Positions 8,879 through 18,017 of a DNA stretch of 64,000 nucleotides are shown piece by piece (positions within the stretch are counted from its first letter, which is position 1; every line of letters begins with the position of its first letter). The stretch is from contig JBATVD010000039.1 of NCBI GenBank assembly GCA_049671565.1, forward strand, positions 12,329 through 76,328, given 5' to 3'. Source of the DNA: Nonlabens sp. (GTDB lineage Bacteria; Bacteroidota; Bacteroidia; Flavobacteriales; Flavobacteriaceae). A program made the position numbers and the translations under genes. A model generated the notes under the pieces. It worked only from the letters and a program-made list of their open reading frames with translations, was not told the DNA's origin and made no database searches.

Positions 8879-9700
8879 TTGATTATGAAAAATTTTTTTG
8901 CTCTCGTAATTCTGGCGCTGTTTGTAACTTCTTGTATACCTACTTCTCGCATTACTTATCTGCAAGATAAAGAAGAGTTTCCAAAAGATTCTCTACTTAC
9001 AATTCAGAGAGTACAGAGTCCTTACAGGCTGCAAGTAGGGGATATAATAGCAATAAACATTAAGGCCCCATTTGATAGCAATTTCGTTAGTGAGTTTCAA
9101 ATTGGTTCAGCTAGAGGAGGAGGAGGTAACGCTCAGCAGGTTTTACAAGGGGGCTTATATTTTACTGGTTTTACCATTAGTAATCGTGGTACCATCAGGG
9201 TGCCTCAATTAGGTGAAATATCTGTGGTTAGTAAAACTTTGGAAGAAGTGCGTTTACAAATTGAGGCTTTATTGTTTAAAACAAATTTTAAACAAACTTC
9301 TGATATTTTTGTAGACGTAAAGCTTGAGGGTTTACGATATACTATGGTTGGTGAAGTAAATAGTCCAGGTCAATACACTATTTTGAGAGACCAAGTAAGT
9401 ATCGTCGAAGCCGTGGCAGACGGTGGTGGAGTACCAGTGACCGGAGATCTTACTTCGGTGAAAATCATACGGCAATATGAGGGTGGGATCAAAACTCATA
9501 TACTTGATCTAACATCAATTGAGGTCATAAAATCCCCTTACTATTACTTGAGACCCAATGATATGATCGTTTTTAGTCCGCTCCCTCAAAAAGCTTTGGG
9601 TGTAGGGACTACTGGACTATCCACATTTACAACGGCCATCTCCATTTTTACTACAATTATCACTACTTATTTATTAATTGACAATTTATCTAATCGATAA
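8879..9700 (+). CDS. wza: polysaccharide export outer-membrane lipoprotein (OPX, Wza-like); likely start ATG 8885
   Basis: Signal peptide with lipobox (LFVTSC). A Poly_export-like segment (YRLQVGDIIAINI) is followed by an SLBB-like segment (GEVNSPGQY). Confidence 0.8.
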   Translation: MIMKNFFALVILALFVTSCIPTSRITYLQDKEEFPKDSLLTIQRVQSPYRLQVGDIIAINIKAPFDSNFVSEFQIGSARGGGGNAQQVLQGGLYFTGFTISNRGTIRVPQLGEISVVSKTLEEVRLQIEALLFKTNFKQTSDIFVDVKLEGLRYTMVGEVNSPGQYTILRDQVSIVEAVADGGGVPVTGDLTSVKIIRQYEGGIKTHILDLTSIEVIKSPYYYLRPNDMIVFSPLPQKALGVGTTGLSTFTTAISIFTTIITTYLLIDNLSNR

Positions 9701-12164
9701 GATGCAGGACGAGGATATTAATTCATTATCTGGGATTTTTGACATACGTCAATTTTTATCTAAAGTAATAAAGCTTTGGTGGCTTTTTATTTTAGTATTT
9801 GCCATTTGTTTCTCAATAGCCTATTACCAAAACCAATTTATCCAGACCTATTATGAGGTCGAATCATTGATCACAGTTACTGATAATTCAAGCCCTGGCC
9901 TTTCAGACAATACCAGCTTGACTTTTAATTGGGGAGGGACAACAGACAAAGTAACTACCGCAATAACTAAATATAAGTCCAGATCGCATAACGAACTTGT
10001 GGTAGATGAATTACAGATATATGTAGATTATTTGAAAAAAGGGGAATATTTTGATATTGACGCTTATAATAAAACTCCTTTTAAAATTCATGTGGATACT
10101 TCAAAAGCCCAGTTAAAAGGTGTTCCGATCCAATTTAACGTGCTTGATGAAAACCGTGTTAGGATAAGTGTTGACTTTCAAAAAAACAGTGCGAGTGGAT
10201 TTAATTATTCCACAAAGGAATCAGTGAGATTAAAAACTCCGATGGGACTTTTTTCTGATGTCTACAATTTTGGAGACAAGGTTGAGACTCCTTTTATGGC
10301 ATTTGAGATCAAACGCGTGCCTGAGCAGTTTAGAAAAGGGACTTGGGATGTTTACTTCAAAGACTACTGGTCTACAGTTAAAAATTATAAAGGAATATCT
10401 TTAGAGCAAACACCATCTGGTTCATCAATATTGACACTTACGCTTACAGGGACCAACAAACTCAAGTTGATTGATTACTTGAATGCAAGCTCTTCAGTTC
10501 TAGAAAAAGCAGAGCTTCTTAGGAAAAATTTATATGCGAACAGTCAAATCAGGTATATTGATAGCGTACTTAATGCTGATCTTCCAAAACTGGAGCAAGC
10601 AGAGAAAGCCTTAGAAGATTTTCAGTCTGAAAATGGAATTGTAGATGCATCTGCACAAATGTCCCAATTAAATAGCGAGCTATCAGTTCTAGAGTTAGAA
10701 GAGAAGCAGATTGAACGATCTAAAAAATATTACTATTCCCTCGAGGAGTTTTTGGAGAATAATACAGATTATACAAAAATTCAAGTACCTTCTGTAGTTG
10801 GGATAAATGAATCAAACATTGAACAATATGTAAGTCAGATCATCGAGAAGTCTCGAGAAAGAAATGTCAAACAATATTCTGTCAAAGAGAATACGTTTGA
10901 AATGGCTCGTTTAGATAGAGATATCGAAAGTTTGAGAAGACTGATCTTAGCAAACATTACGAGCTCCACAGAACTTCTCAATCAGGATTTGATTAGTAAT
11001 TTAGAAGAGCAAACTGAGGTAAAGCAGGAAATTAAAACACTTCCAGAGGAGCAGCAAGTGTTTTTAAGAATACAAAGAAACTTTGAGACTAGAAAATCGG
11101 AATTCAACAATTTGCTTAGAAGAAGATCCCAGGCGGAACTAGCTAAAGCATCAAATGTTTCGGACATTTATGTAATAGATAAAGCAAAAGATACTAACCA
11201 ATCAGGAAGGTCAAAAGATTCGACAGTTAACTATTTGTTGGCGCTTCTATTAGGATTGACAATTCCAACATTAGTGGCTTTTCTTCTTACATTATTTGAT
11301 AATTATATATATACTCCAAAACAAATAGAACGACTAACTACTATTCCCGTGCTTGGAGTTGTAGGAAAAGTAGATCACCCCAATAATCTAATCGTATACG
11401 AAAAGTCGAAATCTGCAGCCGCTGAAGCTTTTAGAGGATTAAGGTCGAGCCTTCACTTTATGTATGACCAAGATTCTCAAACCAATTCTAGGACTATCAT
11501 GGTTACGAGTAGTGTGAGTGGTGAAGGGAAAACTTTTTCCAGTATAAATCTAGCGTCTGTGTTTGCTTTAAGTGGTAAGAAAACAGTACTAGTAGGTTTA
11601 GATTTGAGAAAGCCAAAAATATTTGATGATTTTGATATTACAAATGACGTAGGTGTTTCTAATTACTTGGTGAAGGATTGTACCCTGCAGCAAATGACTA
11701 AGACAACTAAGATCAACAATCTTGATGTGATCCTATCTGGACCAGTTCCTCCTAATCCGAGTGAATTAATTTTGTCCGCTAAGATGAAGGAATTGATGAC
11801 GATTTTAAAGCAGGAGTACGATTATGTGATTTTGGATACGCCTCCTCTAGGACTGGTAGCAGATTCTATAGAATTAGCTAAGTATGCTGATGTGACACTT
11901 TATATGGTTAGACAAAAGTATACTAAAAAGATGATGCTTGATATTATCAACGAGAAGTATGCAAGAAAAGAGATAGATCGTGTCAGTATTTTATTCAATT
12001 ATTATAAGGATACAAAAGGTTACGGCTATGGTTATGGCTATGGTTACGGCTATGGTTATGGTTATGGCTATGGAGTCTATTCCAATGGGTATCATGAGCA
12101 AGACAGAGCTAGGGGCTTCAAATATGTTGTGAAAAAAATCCTAAAGCGTCTAATAAAAAAATAG
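9678..12164 (+). CDS. wzc: chain-length determinant / BY-tyrosine kinase (PCP-2a, Wzc-like); likely start ATG 9702
   Basis: N-terminal TM helix plus a long coiled-coil periplasmic region and a second TM helix. The cytoplasmic domain has Walker A SSVSGEGKTF, Walker B ILDTPP and a C-terminal Tyr cluster (GY)9. Confidence 0.85.
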   Translation: MTIYLIDKMQDEDINSLSGIFDIRQFLSKVIKLWWLFILVFAICFSIAYYQNQFIQTYYEVESLITVTDNSSPGLSDNTSLTFNWGGTTDKVTTAITKYKSRSHNELVVDELQIYVDYLKKGEYFDIDAYNKTPFKIHVDTSKAQLKGVPIQFNVLDENRVRISVDFQKNSASGFNYSTKESVRLKTPMGLFSDVYNFGDKVETPFMAFEIKRVPEQFRKGTWDVYFKDYWSTVKNYKGISLEQTPSGSSILTLTLTGTNKLKLIDYLNASSSVLEKAELLRKNLYANSQIRYIDSVLNADLPKLEQAEKALEDFQSENGIVDASAQMSQLNSELSVLELEEKQIERSKKYYYSLEEFLENNTDYTKIQVPSVVGINESNIEQYVSQIIEKSRERNVKQYSVKENTFEMARLDRDIESLRRLILANITSSTELLNQDLISNLEEQTEVKQEIKTLPEEQQVFLRIQRNFETRKSEFNNLLRRRSQAELAKASNVSDIYVIDKAKDTNQSGRSKDSTVNYLLALLLGLTIPTLVAFLLTLFDNYIYTPKQIERLTTIPVLGVVGKVDHPNNLIVYEKSKSAAAEAFRGLRSSLHFMYDQDSQTNSRTIMVTSSVSGEGKTFSSINLASVFALSGKKTVLVGLDLRKPKIFDDFDITNDVGVSNYLVKDCTLQQMTKTTKINNLDVILSGPVPPNPSELILSAKMKELMTILKQEYDYVILDTPPLGLVADSIELAKYADVTLYMVRQKYTKKMMLDIINEKYARKEIDRVSILFNYYKDTKGYGYGYGYGYGYGYGYGYGVYSNGYHEQDRARGFKYVVKKILKRLIKK
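12018..12074 (+). repeat. in-frame hexanucleotide repeat (GGYTAYGGYTAT-type) encoding (Gly-Tyr)x9 at the Wzc C-terminus
   Basis: Codons read directly: ggt tac ggc tat ggt tat ... gga. Confidence 0.95.
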
Positions 12165-12324
12165 GGAACTTGCAATCGGTTTGGAAGATCTTAGAATTGG
12201 TTTCCTTAGATATAGAATATTTAACAGGTCTAAATAAAATCTCAAACTGACCAGTTTAGAAATTGTTTTTGTCGTGATGAAAACTTGGTCACTAATTAAT
12301 TTTTATTAGGTAAATTAAAAAATA

Positions 12325-13164
12325 ATGAAAGTACAAATCTATCAGAAAGATAATCAAACCAAGTTTTTTAAGCTGTTAAAAGAAAGTTTATTTGATCTTA
12401 TAGATTCTAGATTTTTGGCTTATCAATTAGCAAAAAGAGATATATCCGCAAAATACAGACAATCACTTTTAGGTATTGTATGGGCATTTATAACCCCAAT
12501 AGCTACTGCAATAGTTTGGATATTATTAAGTTCAAGTGGAACGGTAAATATTAAGGATACAAATATACCCTATCCTGTTTACGTGTTTGCGGGTACCCTA
12601 TTATGGTCAATCATTACTGAATCAATAAACGCTCCTATTCAAAGCACAAATGGTTCTAAGGGAATATTGACAAAAATTAATTTTCCTAAAGAGGCACTTA
12701 TCGTTTCTGGTGTTTTGAAACTATTATTTAATTCATTTATTAAAGTTTTATTGCTGCTCATTTTTGTTTTTGCCTATGGCGTCGATTTAAGCTGGGGCTT
12801 ATTGTTATTCCCATTTGCTATTATTGGCGGTTTATTGATAGGAAATACCATTGGATTGTTGTTAACGCCTATAGGGATGTTATATCAAGATGTATCTAAA
12901 TTGATAAGCTTCTCCTTACGATTTATAATGTACGTTACACCTGTAGTTTTTGCTGTCCCAGAAAGTGGAGCAATTAAAATAATTATGGAACTTAATCCCT
13001 TGACCCCAATTATTATGGTAGGACGTAATCTTGCGGTTGGTTTACCTTTGGAGTATTTAACCTACTTTATAATAGTATTCCTAGTTAGCATCCCACTATT
13101 TTTAATCGGTCTGGTATTTTACAGGTTGTCCATTCCTATTTTTGTGGAAAGATTAAGTGCTTAA
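12325..13164 (+). CDS. wzm: ABC-2 type polysaccharide transporter permease (Wzm/KpsM-like)
   Basis: 279 aa with about 6 hydrophobic helices. The N-terminal LAKRDISAKYRQSLLGIVW is typical of ABC-2 permeases. Its end overlaps the downstream ATPase. Confidence 0.85.
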   Translation: MKVQIYQKDNQTKFFKLLKESLFDLIDSRFLAYQLAKRDISAKYRQSLLGIVWAFITPIATAIVWILLSSSGTVNIKDTNIPYPVYVFAGTLLWSIITESINAPIQSTNGSKGILTKINFPKEALIVSGVLKLLFNSFIKVLLLLIFVFAYGVDLSWGLLLFPFAIIGGLLIGNTIGLLLTPIGMLYQDVSKLISFSLRFIMYVTPVVFAVPESGAIKIIMELNPLTPIIMVGRNLAVGLPLEYLTYFIIVFLVSIPLFLIGLVFYRLSIPIFVERLSA

Positions 13165-14392
13165 AATGGCAAATAATTCAACTCAGAATATCCACAGAGA
13201 TAAAAATTTAGAGGAGGATGTTTTAATTGAGGTTTCAGATTTGTCAAAAAAATTCTGTAAAGATCTTAAAACCAGTTTGTATTATGGGGTCAAGGACCTG
13301 CTGACCAGTTATAAGGATTCCACATCAAGCATACTTCGTCCTAAAGAATTTTGGGCAGTCAAGGGTGTCAGCTTCAAGCTTAAACGTGGAGAGTGTTTAG
13401 GTTTGATAGGACATAATGGTGCTGGAAAATCTACATTGTTAAAGATGCTCAATGGACTTATTAATCCAGATGAAGGTCGGATAAAGATGAAGGGACGAGT
13501 GGGTGCTCTAATTGAATTGGGCGCTGGCTTCAACCCTATCTTAAGTGGTCGGGAAAACATTTACAATAATGGTGCTGTTTTAGGATTCTCTAAAAAAGAA
13601 ATTGATCAAAAACTATCTTATATAATCGATTTTGCCGAACTGAAAGAGTTCATTGATATGCCAGTGCGCAATTATTCAAGTGGCATGAAAGTTAGGTTGG
13701 GCTTTGCAGTAGCCGCGCAGATGAATCCTGATATATTGATTATCGATGAAGTTTTAGCTGTTGGCGATTTAGGCTTCGTTCTTAAATGCTTTAAAACTAT
13801 TGATGATATATTGCCAAAGACAGCGGTCATATTTGTTGCTCACAGTATGCCTACTGTTTCCCGTATTTGCTCCAAAATCATGTTATTAGAGAATGGGCAT
13901 GTGAAATATCAAGGCAACAATGTTTCAGAAGGAATCGACATTTATTATACGAGGTTTGCTGATAATGACGCAAATATTGTACTGAATGATGGTAGGATAC
14001 TATTTGGGTCAATGCTCTTAAATACTGATACTTATAGAGAAGGTGTTCAATGTTTGAGCTGGGGTGACGACCTGAACTTGAAATGTGATTTTGAGGTTGT
14101 AGATAGAAAAGCAAAATCCGTAAAAGTGGTGCTAACTTTGTCTGATAAAGAACAACGGCCGGTAGCTGTTCTTGATAATGACGCTGTAGAGCTCAACAAC
14201 AATCCGAATTGCGTACTGAATTTTAGCACCAGTAACATCCAACTCTCTAAAGGAGTTTACTCCATAAACATAACTGTCAACCTTGATGGTTCTCCCTGTT
14301 ACAGGGTCAATAGCCTTTTAGTTTTTCAAGTACTACATCATAAAGAAACTTGGCATCCTTTTATGCTAAAAACTGAAGTAACCTCTGGTTAG
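13157..14392 (+). CDS. wzt: polysaccharide ABC transporter ATP-binding protein with C-terminal extension (Wzt copy 1)
   Basis: Walker A GHNGAGKST, signature YSSGMKVRL, Walker B ILIIDEVLAVGD. An extra C-terminal domain of about 150 aa looks beta-rich. Confidence 0.85.
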   Translation: MLKMANNSTQNIHRDKNLEEDVLIEVSDLSKKFCKDLKTSLYYGVKDLLTSYKDSTSSILRPKEFWAVKGVSFKLKRGECLGLIGHNGAGKSTLLKMLNGLINPDEGRIKMKGRVGALIELGAGFNPILSGRENIYNNGAVLGFSKKEIDQKLSYIIDFAELKEFIDMPVRNYSSGMKVRLGFAVAAQMNPDILIIDEVLAVGDLGFVLKCFKTIDDILPKTAVIFVAHSMPTVSRICSKIMLLENGHVKYQGNNVSEGIDIYYTRFADNDANIVLNDGRILFGSMLLNTDTYREGVQCLSWGDDLNLKCDFEVVDRKAKSVKVVLTLSDKEQRPVAVLDNDAVELNNNPNCVLNFSTSNIQLSKGVYSINITVNLDGSPCYRVNSLLVFQVLHHKETWHPFMLKTEVTSG

Positions 14393-14676
14393 AAATCTAA
14401 TTTTATTATTTCCGAATCATAAATTATCGGTGGTCAGAAGAGTTTGAAAGGCCATTTGGTAATTCGGTTATTTGAATTTTTACGGTTTTTCTCAACCTGT
14501 CTTTTCCTGTCTCAAATTTAAAGACACAGCACTTACAATTTGATTTGAAAATATTGTGTAAGCTAGCCTTAGTATTCAAGATGTTATCCAGTATTGTTTT
14601 TTGATATTCCTATGAATAAGCATATCCGTATTTATTATAGATCATATGTTGATGAAACTTGAGTGTTTGATTGATG

Positions 14677-14694
14677 TCGCTTTCGCGAAAGCGA
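14677..14694. repeat. iterated palindrome copy (18 bp TCGCTTTCGCGAAAGCGA), intergenic
   Basis: Read directly; a perfect palindrome in the wzt1-wzt2 spacer. Confidence 0.95.
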
Positions 14695-14922
14695 ACTAGT
14701 TATAATCAATAGCCCTGCATATTTATTTCTTTCAAATTCCAAAAGTATGGAACAAACTCGATCAAAGAGATGGCAAGGATTTTTATCACTGTCGTTATTT
14801 AAGCATGCTATCTTTATAAGATATTCCTTACTTTCTAACCCGTTTATTAAAGGCAAGAAAAAATGATTTCTAGTTTTTAAATCAATTTGACTTGTAATGA
14901 ATAAATCCATTTGCACAATGGC

Positions 14923-14930
14923 TATCTTTG
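14923..14930 (+). promoter_or_regulatory. -7 box (TATCTTTG) upstream of the second wzt
   Basis: Matches TAnnTTTG and lies 23 nt upstream of the ATG at 14954. It follows a 560-bp non-coding spacer. Confidence 0.4.
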
Positions 14931-14953
14931 TAAATTGATAGAAGAATTAAAAA

Positions 14954-16192
14954 ATGAGTTCTACACCTATTTCAGTACCCCATGACAAAAATGAAACGTT
15001 ATATCAAAATGACGATATACTTGTAGAAGTTTCAGGCCTCTCAAAAAAGTTTTGTAAAGACTTGAAGACCAGTTTGTGGTATGGAGTAAAGGATTTGATA
15101 GCGGGCTATTCTGGGAATAGCAATAGTGAACTTAGGCCTAAGGAATTCTGGGCGGTTAAAGATGTTAGCTTTACTTTAAAACGAGGGGAGTGTTTAGGAT
15201 TAATAGGACACAACGGAGCAGGAAAATCAACCTTATTAAAAATTTTAAATGGATTAATTAATCCAGATGCAGGAAAAATCGTGATGAAAGGTCGCGTAGG
15301 AGCCTTAATTGAATTAGGTGCGGGTTTTAATCCTGTTTTAAGTGGACGTGAGAATATATATAATAATGGAGCCATTTTGGGTTTCTCTAGAAAAGAGATT
15401 GAAAACAAATTAGAAGAGATCATTGAATTTGCTGAACTCAGGGAATTTATAGATATGCCCGTGCGCAACTATTCTAGTGGTATGAAGGTGCGTCTGGGAT
15501 TTGCTGTCGCTGCACAAATGGAGCCTGATATCCTAATTGTGGATGAGGTGCTTGCTGTTGGTGATATGGGGTTCGTTTTGAAATGCTTTAAAACCATTGA
15601 TGAAATTTTACCGAAAACAGCTATTATTTTTGTGTCACACTCCACTCAGATGGTATCTCGTATTTGTACTCAAGTTTTGCTCATGGACAAAGGGAAGTCA
15701 AGATATCAGGGGACAGATGTTTCAAAAGGTATAGATCTTTATTATCAAAGATTTGGTGATATTAAGATGTCTACACTGATGGAGTCAAGCAAAATCAAGT
15801 ACCGCAGTTGCTCTATAAATGGTCTAGAAACTAAAACTGGGGTTCCAAAAATTAATTGGTTGGATGATGTGCGCTTTGAATTGACTTTTGAAAACTTAGA
15901 TATGACGCAATCTCCTTTCTTGTTAATTTCTATCTTTGACAAGGAACAAAGACCCGTAGCTATTGTAAATAATGACCTACAGCCCACTAAAATTGAAAAG
16001 GGAACTTTTTCTTTTAAGGTAGACCTGAAAAAGATTCAGTTGTCTAAAGGTATTTATCACTTAAACATATACTTATCTGATAAGAAGAGGAGTTCTCCTA
16101 TATTAAAGGTAAATAACGTGGGTTCATTTCAGATCATTTCAGAAATGGATATTTCACCACCATTATTGTTAGATAGCTATGTGGAAGTATAA
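14954..16192 (+). CDS. wzt: polysaccharide ABC transporter ATP-binding protein with divergent C-terminal extension (Wzt copy 2)
   Basis: It has the same NBD motifs as copy 1, and the NBDs are roughly four-fifths identical by eye. The C-terminal ~150 aa share only short islands (DKEQRPVA, IQLSKG[VI]Y). Confidence 0.85.
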   Translation: MSSTPISVPHDKNETLYQNDDILVEVSGLSKKFCKDLKTSLWYGVKDLIAGYSGNSNSELRPKEFWAVKDVSFTLKRGECLGLIGHNGAGKSTLLKILNGLINPDAGKIVMKGRVGALIELGAGFNPVLSGRENIYNNGAILGFSRKEIENKLEEIIEFAELREFIDMPVRNYSSGMKVRLGFAVAAQMEPDILIVDEVLAVGDMGFVLKCFKTIDEILPKTAIIFVSHSTQMVSRICTQVLLMDKGKSRYQGTDVSKGIDLYYQRFGDIKMSTLMESSKIKYRSCSINGLETKTGVPKINWLDDVRFELTFENLDMTQSPFLLISIFDKEQRPVAIVNNDLQPTKIEKGTFSFKVDLKKIQLSKGIYHLNIYLSDKKRSSPILKVNNVGSFQIISEMDISPPLLLDSYVEV

Positions 16193-16311
16193 TTTGAACC
16201 AATAACTCAATCAATATATCTTTTTATTTTAGATGTGTGGTGATTTATCAAAACGAAGTTTTTGTTATTAAAATGTAAGCAGATTTTTATTTGTTTTTTA
16301 ACCCTAAGTAA

Positions 16312-17385
16312 ATGATTAATGTAACGCAAACCTTCTTGCCTGACCAAAATGAATTTCAAGCTATTTTGAAAACCGCTTGGGATAATAAATGGTTGACCAA
16401 TCGAGGACAATTGGTAAAGGAGTTGGAATATAAGTTAATCAATTTTTTAGGGGTCAACAATTTGACTTTAACTACAAATGGAACCTTGCCTATTCAAATA
16501 GCTATTAAGTCTATGGGGCTTGAGGGTGAGATTATAACCACCCCTTTTTCTTACGTAGCCACAACATCAAGCGTTGTATGGGAGAATTGCACTCCCGTAT
16601 TTGTGGATATTGATGAAGATTTTTTTACGATTGACGAAAATAAAATAGCATCTGCAATAACCTCTAAGACTTCAGCGATTTTAGCAACCCATGTTTTTGG
16701 AAATCCTTGTAATATAGAGGCTATTGAAAAAATTGCACACAAACACAATATCAAGGTGATTTATGATGCTGCGCATTGCTTTGGTGTGAAGTACAAGGGG
16801 CAATCCATTTTCAATTATGGCGATGTTAGTACATGTAGTTTTCATGCCACTAAAATTTTTCATACTGGGGAAGGCGGGTGCTGGATCACTAATAATGATG
16901 AGTTGCAAAAGAGTCTATTTTTTCATCATAATTTCGGTCATGATGGTCCAGTTGACTTTTATGATGTGGGAATAAATGCGAAGATGAGTGAGTTACAGGC
17001 AGCCATGGGACTTGCCGTTTTTAAACATTTAGATGAAATTTTTCAGGCAAGGGAAAAAGTAGTTGATTCTTACAAAAAATTTCTAGCTGGCACCTCTTTG
17101 AAAATGATCAAGCTACGTCCAGGGACAGATTGGAACTTTCATTACTTTCCAGTTGTTTTTGAGTCAGAATCCCAATTGTTGAGAGTCAAACAGGTCTTGA
17201 ATGACCATGCTATCAATCCACGCAGGTACTTCTATCCGAGTTTAAATACTTTGAAATATGTAAGCTATCAAAAAATGCCTGTTTCTGAAAAAATCGCCTC
17301 AACCATTTTATGTCTTCCAAATTATGTAGGACTGGCTGGAAAAGATTTAAAACGGATAACTGATTTAATTAAAATGTCTTTATGA
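16312..17385 (+). CDS. DegT/DnrJ/EryC1/StrS-family PLP-dependent sugar aminotransferase
   Basis: The motif SFHATKIFHTGEGG carries the PLP-lysine. The N-terminus (FLPDQNEF...) is typical of the family. Confidence 0.8.
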   Translation: MINVTQTFLPDQNEFQAILKTAWDNKWLTNRGQLVKELEYKLINFLGVNNLTLTTNGTLPIQIAIKSMGLEGEIITTPFSYVATTSSVVWENCTPVFVDIDEDFFTIDENKIASAITSKTSAILATHVFGNPCNIEAIEKIAHKHNIKVIYDAAHCFGVKYKGQSIFNYGDVSTCSFHATKIFHTGEGGCWITNNDELQKSLFFHHNFGHDGPVDFYDVGINAKMSELQAAMGLAVFKHLDEIFQAREKVVDSYKKFLAGTSLKMIKLRPGTDWNFHYFPVVFESESQLLRVKQVLNDHAINPRRYFYPSLNTLKYVSYQKMPVSEKIASTILCLPNYVGLAGKDLKRITDLIKMSL

Positions 17386-18011
17386 TCTTCTCAAATAAAA
17401 AGCCAAAGGTTTTTTGCATAGGTTTTAATAAAACGGGTACCACTACCATAAAATATACTTTAGAGGAGCATAACTATAAAATGAATGTTCAGAGTAAAGC
17501 ATCGGTTTTTTTGAAAGATTGGAAGACTCGAAATTTTAAACCATTAATCAAATATTGCGAAAAATATGAAGCGTTTCAAGACTTTCCTTTTTCATTCCCA
17601 TATACATACATTGCTTTAGACCTGGCCTTTCCAAACAGCAAATTTATTTTGACGGTACGAGACACTCCAGAAGTTTGGTATAAGTCAATAACTACCTTCC
17701 ACGGTAAGTTATGGGCAAATGGAAAAACGCCCTCAAAGGAAGATTTGATGAATGCAGTTAGACACTATAAAGGAAGGCCTTGGGAAGTTAATAGATCAAT
17801 ATTCAAAACTCCAGAGAGTGATCCTTATAATGAAGAAATCCTTAAGGAACAATATGTAGATCATATAAAGTCTGTGAAAGAGTATTTCAGGTTTAGGCCA
17901 GATGATTTTTTAGTAATAAATGTCTCTAAGAATGATGATTATCGTAAAATGTGTGATTTTTTGAAGGTTAAACCAAAATTTGAGAAATTTCCTTGGAAAA
18001 ACAAAACTTGA
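17382..18011 (+). CDS. sulfotransferase family protein
   Basis: 5'-PSB-like GFNKTGTTT and 3'-PB-like RDTPEVWYKS. A 4-nt ATGA overlap links it to the upstream gene. Confidence 0.7.
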   Translation: MIFSNKKPKVFCIGFNKTGTTTIKYTLEEHNYKMNVQSKASVFLKDWKTRNFKPLIKYCEKYEAFQDFPFSFPYTYIALDLAFPNSKFILTVRDTPEVWYKSITTFHGKLWANGKTPSKEDLMNAVRHYKGRPWEVNRSIFKTPESDPYNEEILKEQYVDHIKSVKEYFRFRPDDFLVINVSKNDDYRKMCDFLKVKPKFEKFPWKNKT

Positions 18012-18017
18012 ATTGTC

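Noticed and set aside
12165-12324. Small hairpin AAACTG-AC-CAGTTT after wzc as a terminator.
   Set aside because: The stem is only 6 bp with a 2-nt loop and a weak T-tail. It would also uncouple wzm/wzt from wza/wzc without other evidence.
14635-14916. 93-aa minus-strand ORF in the wzt1-wzt2 spacer.
   Set aside because: It has no recognisable motif and runs against the direction of the whole locus. It spans the palindrome and AT-rich filler, so I treat it as non-coding, though it remains a weak possibility.
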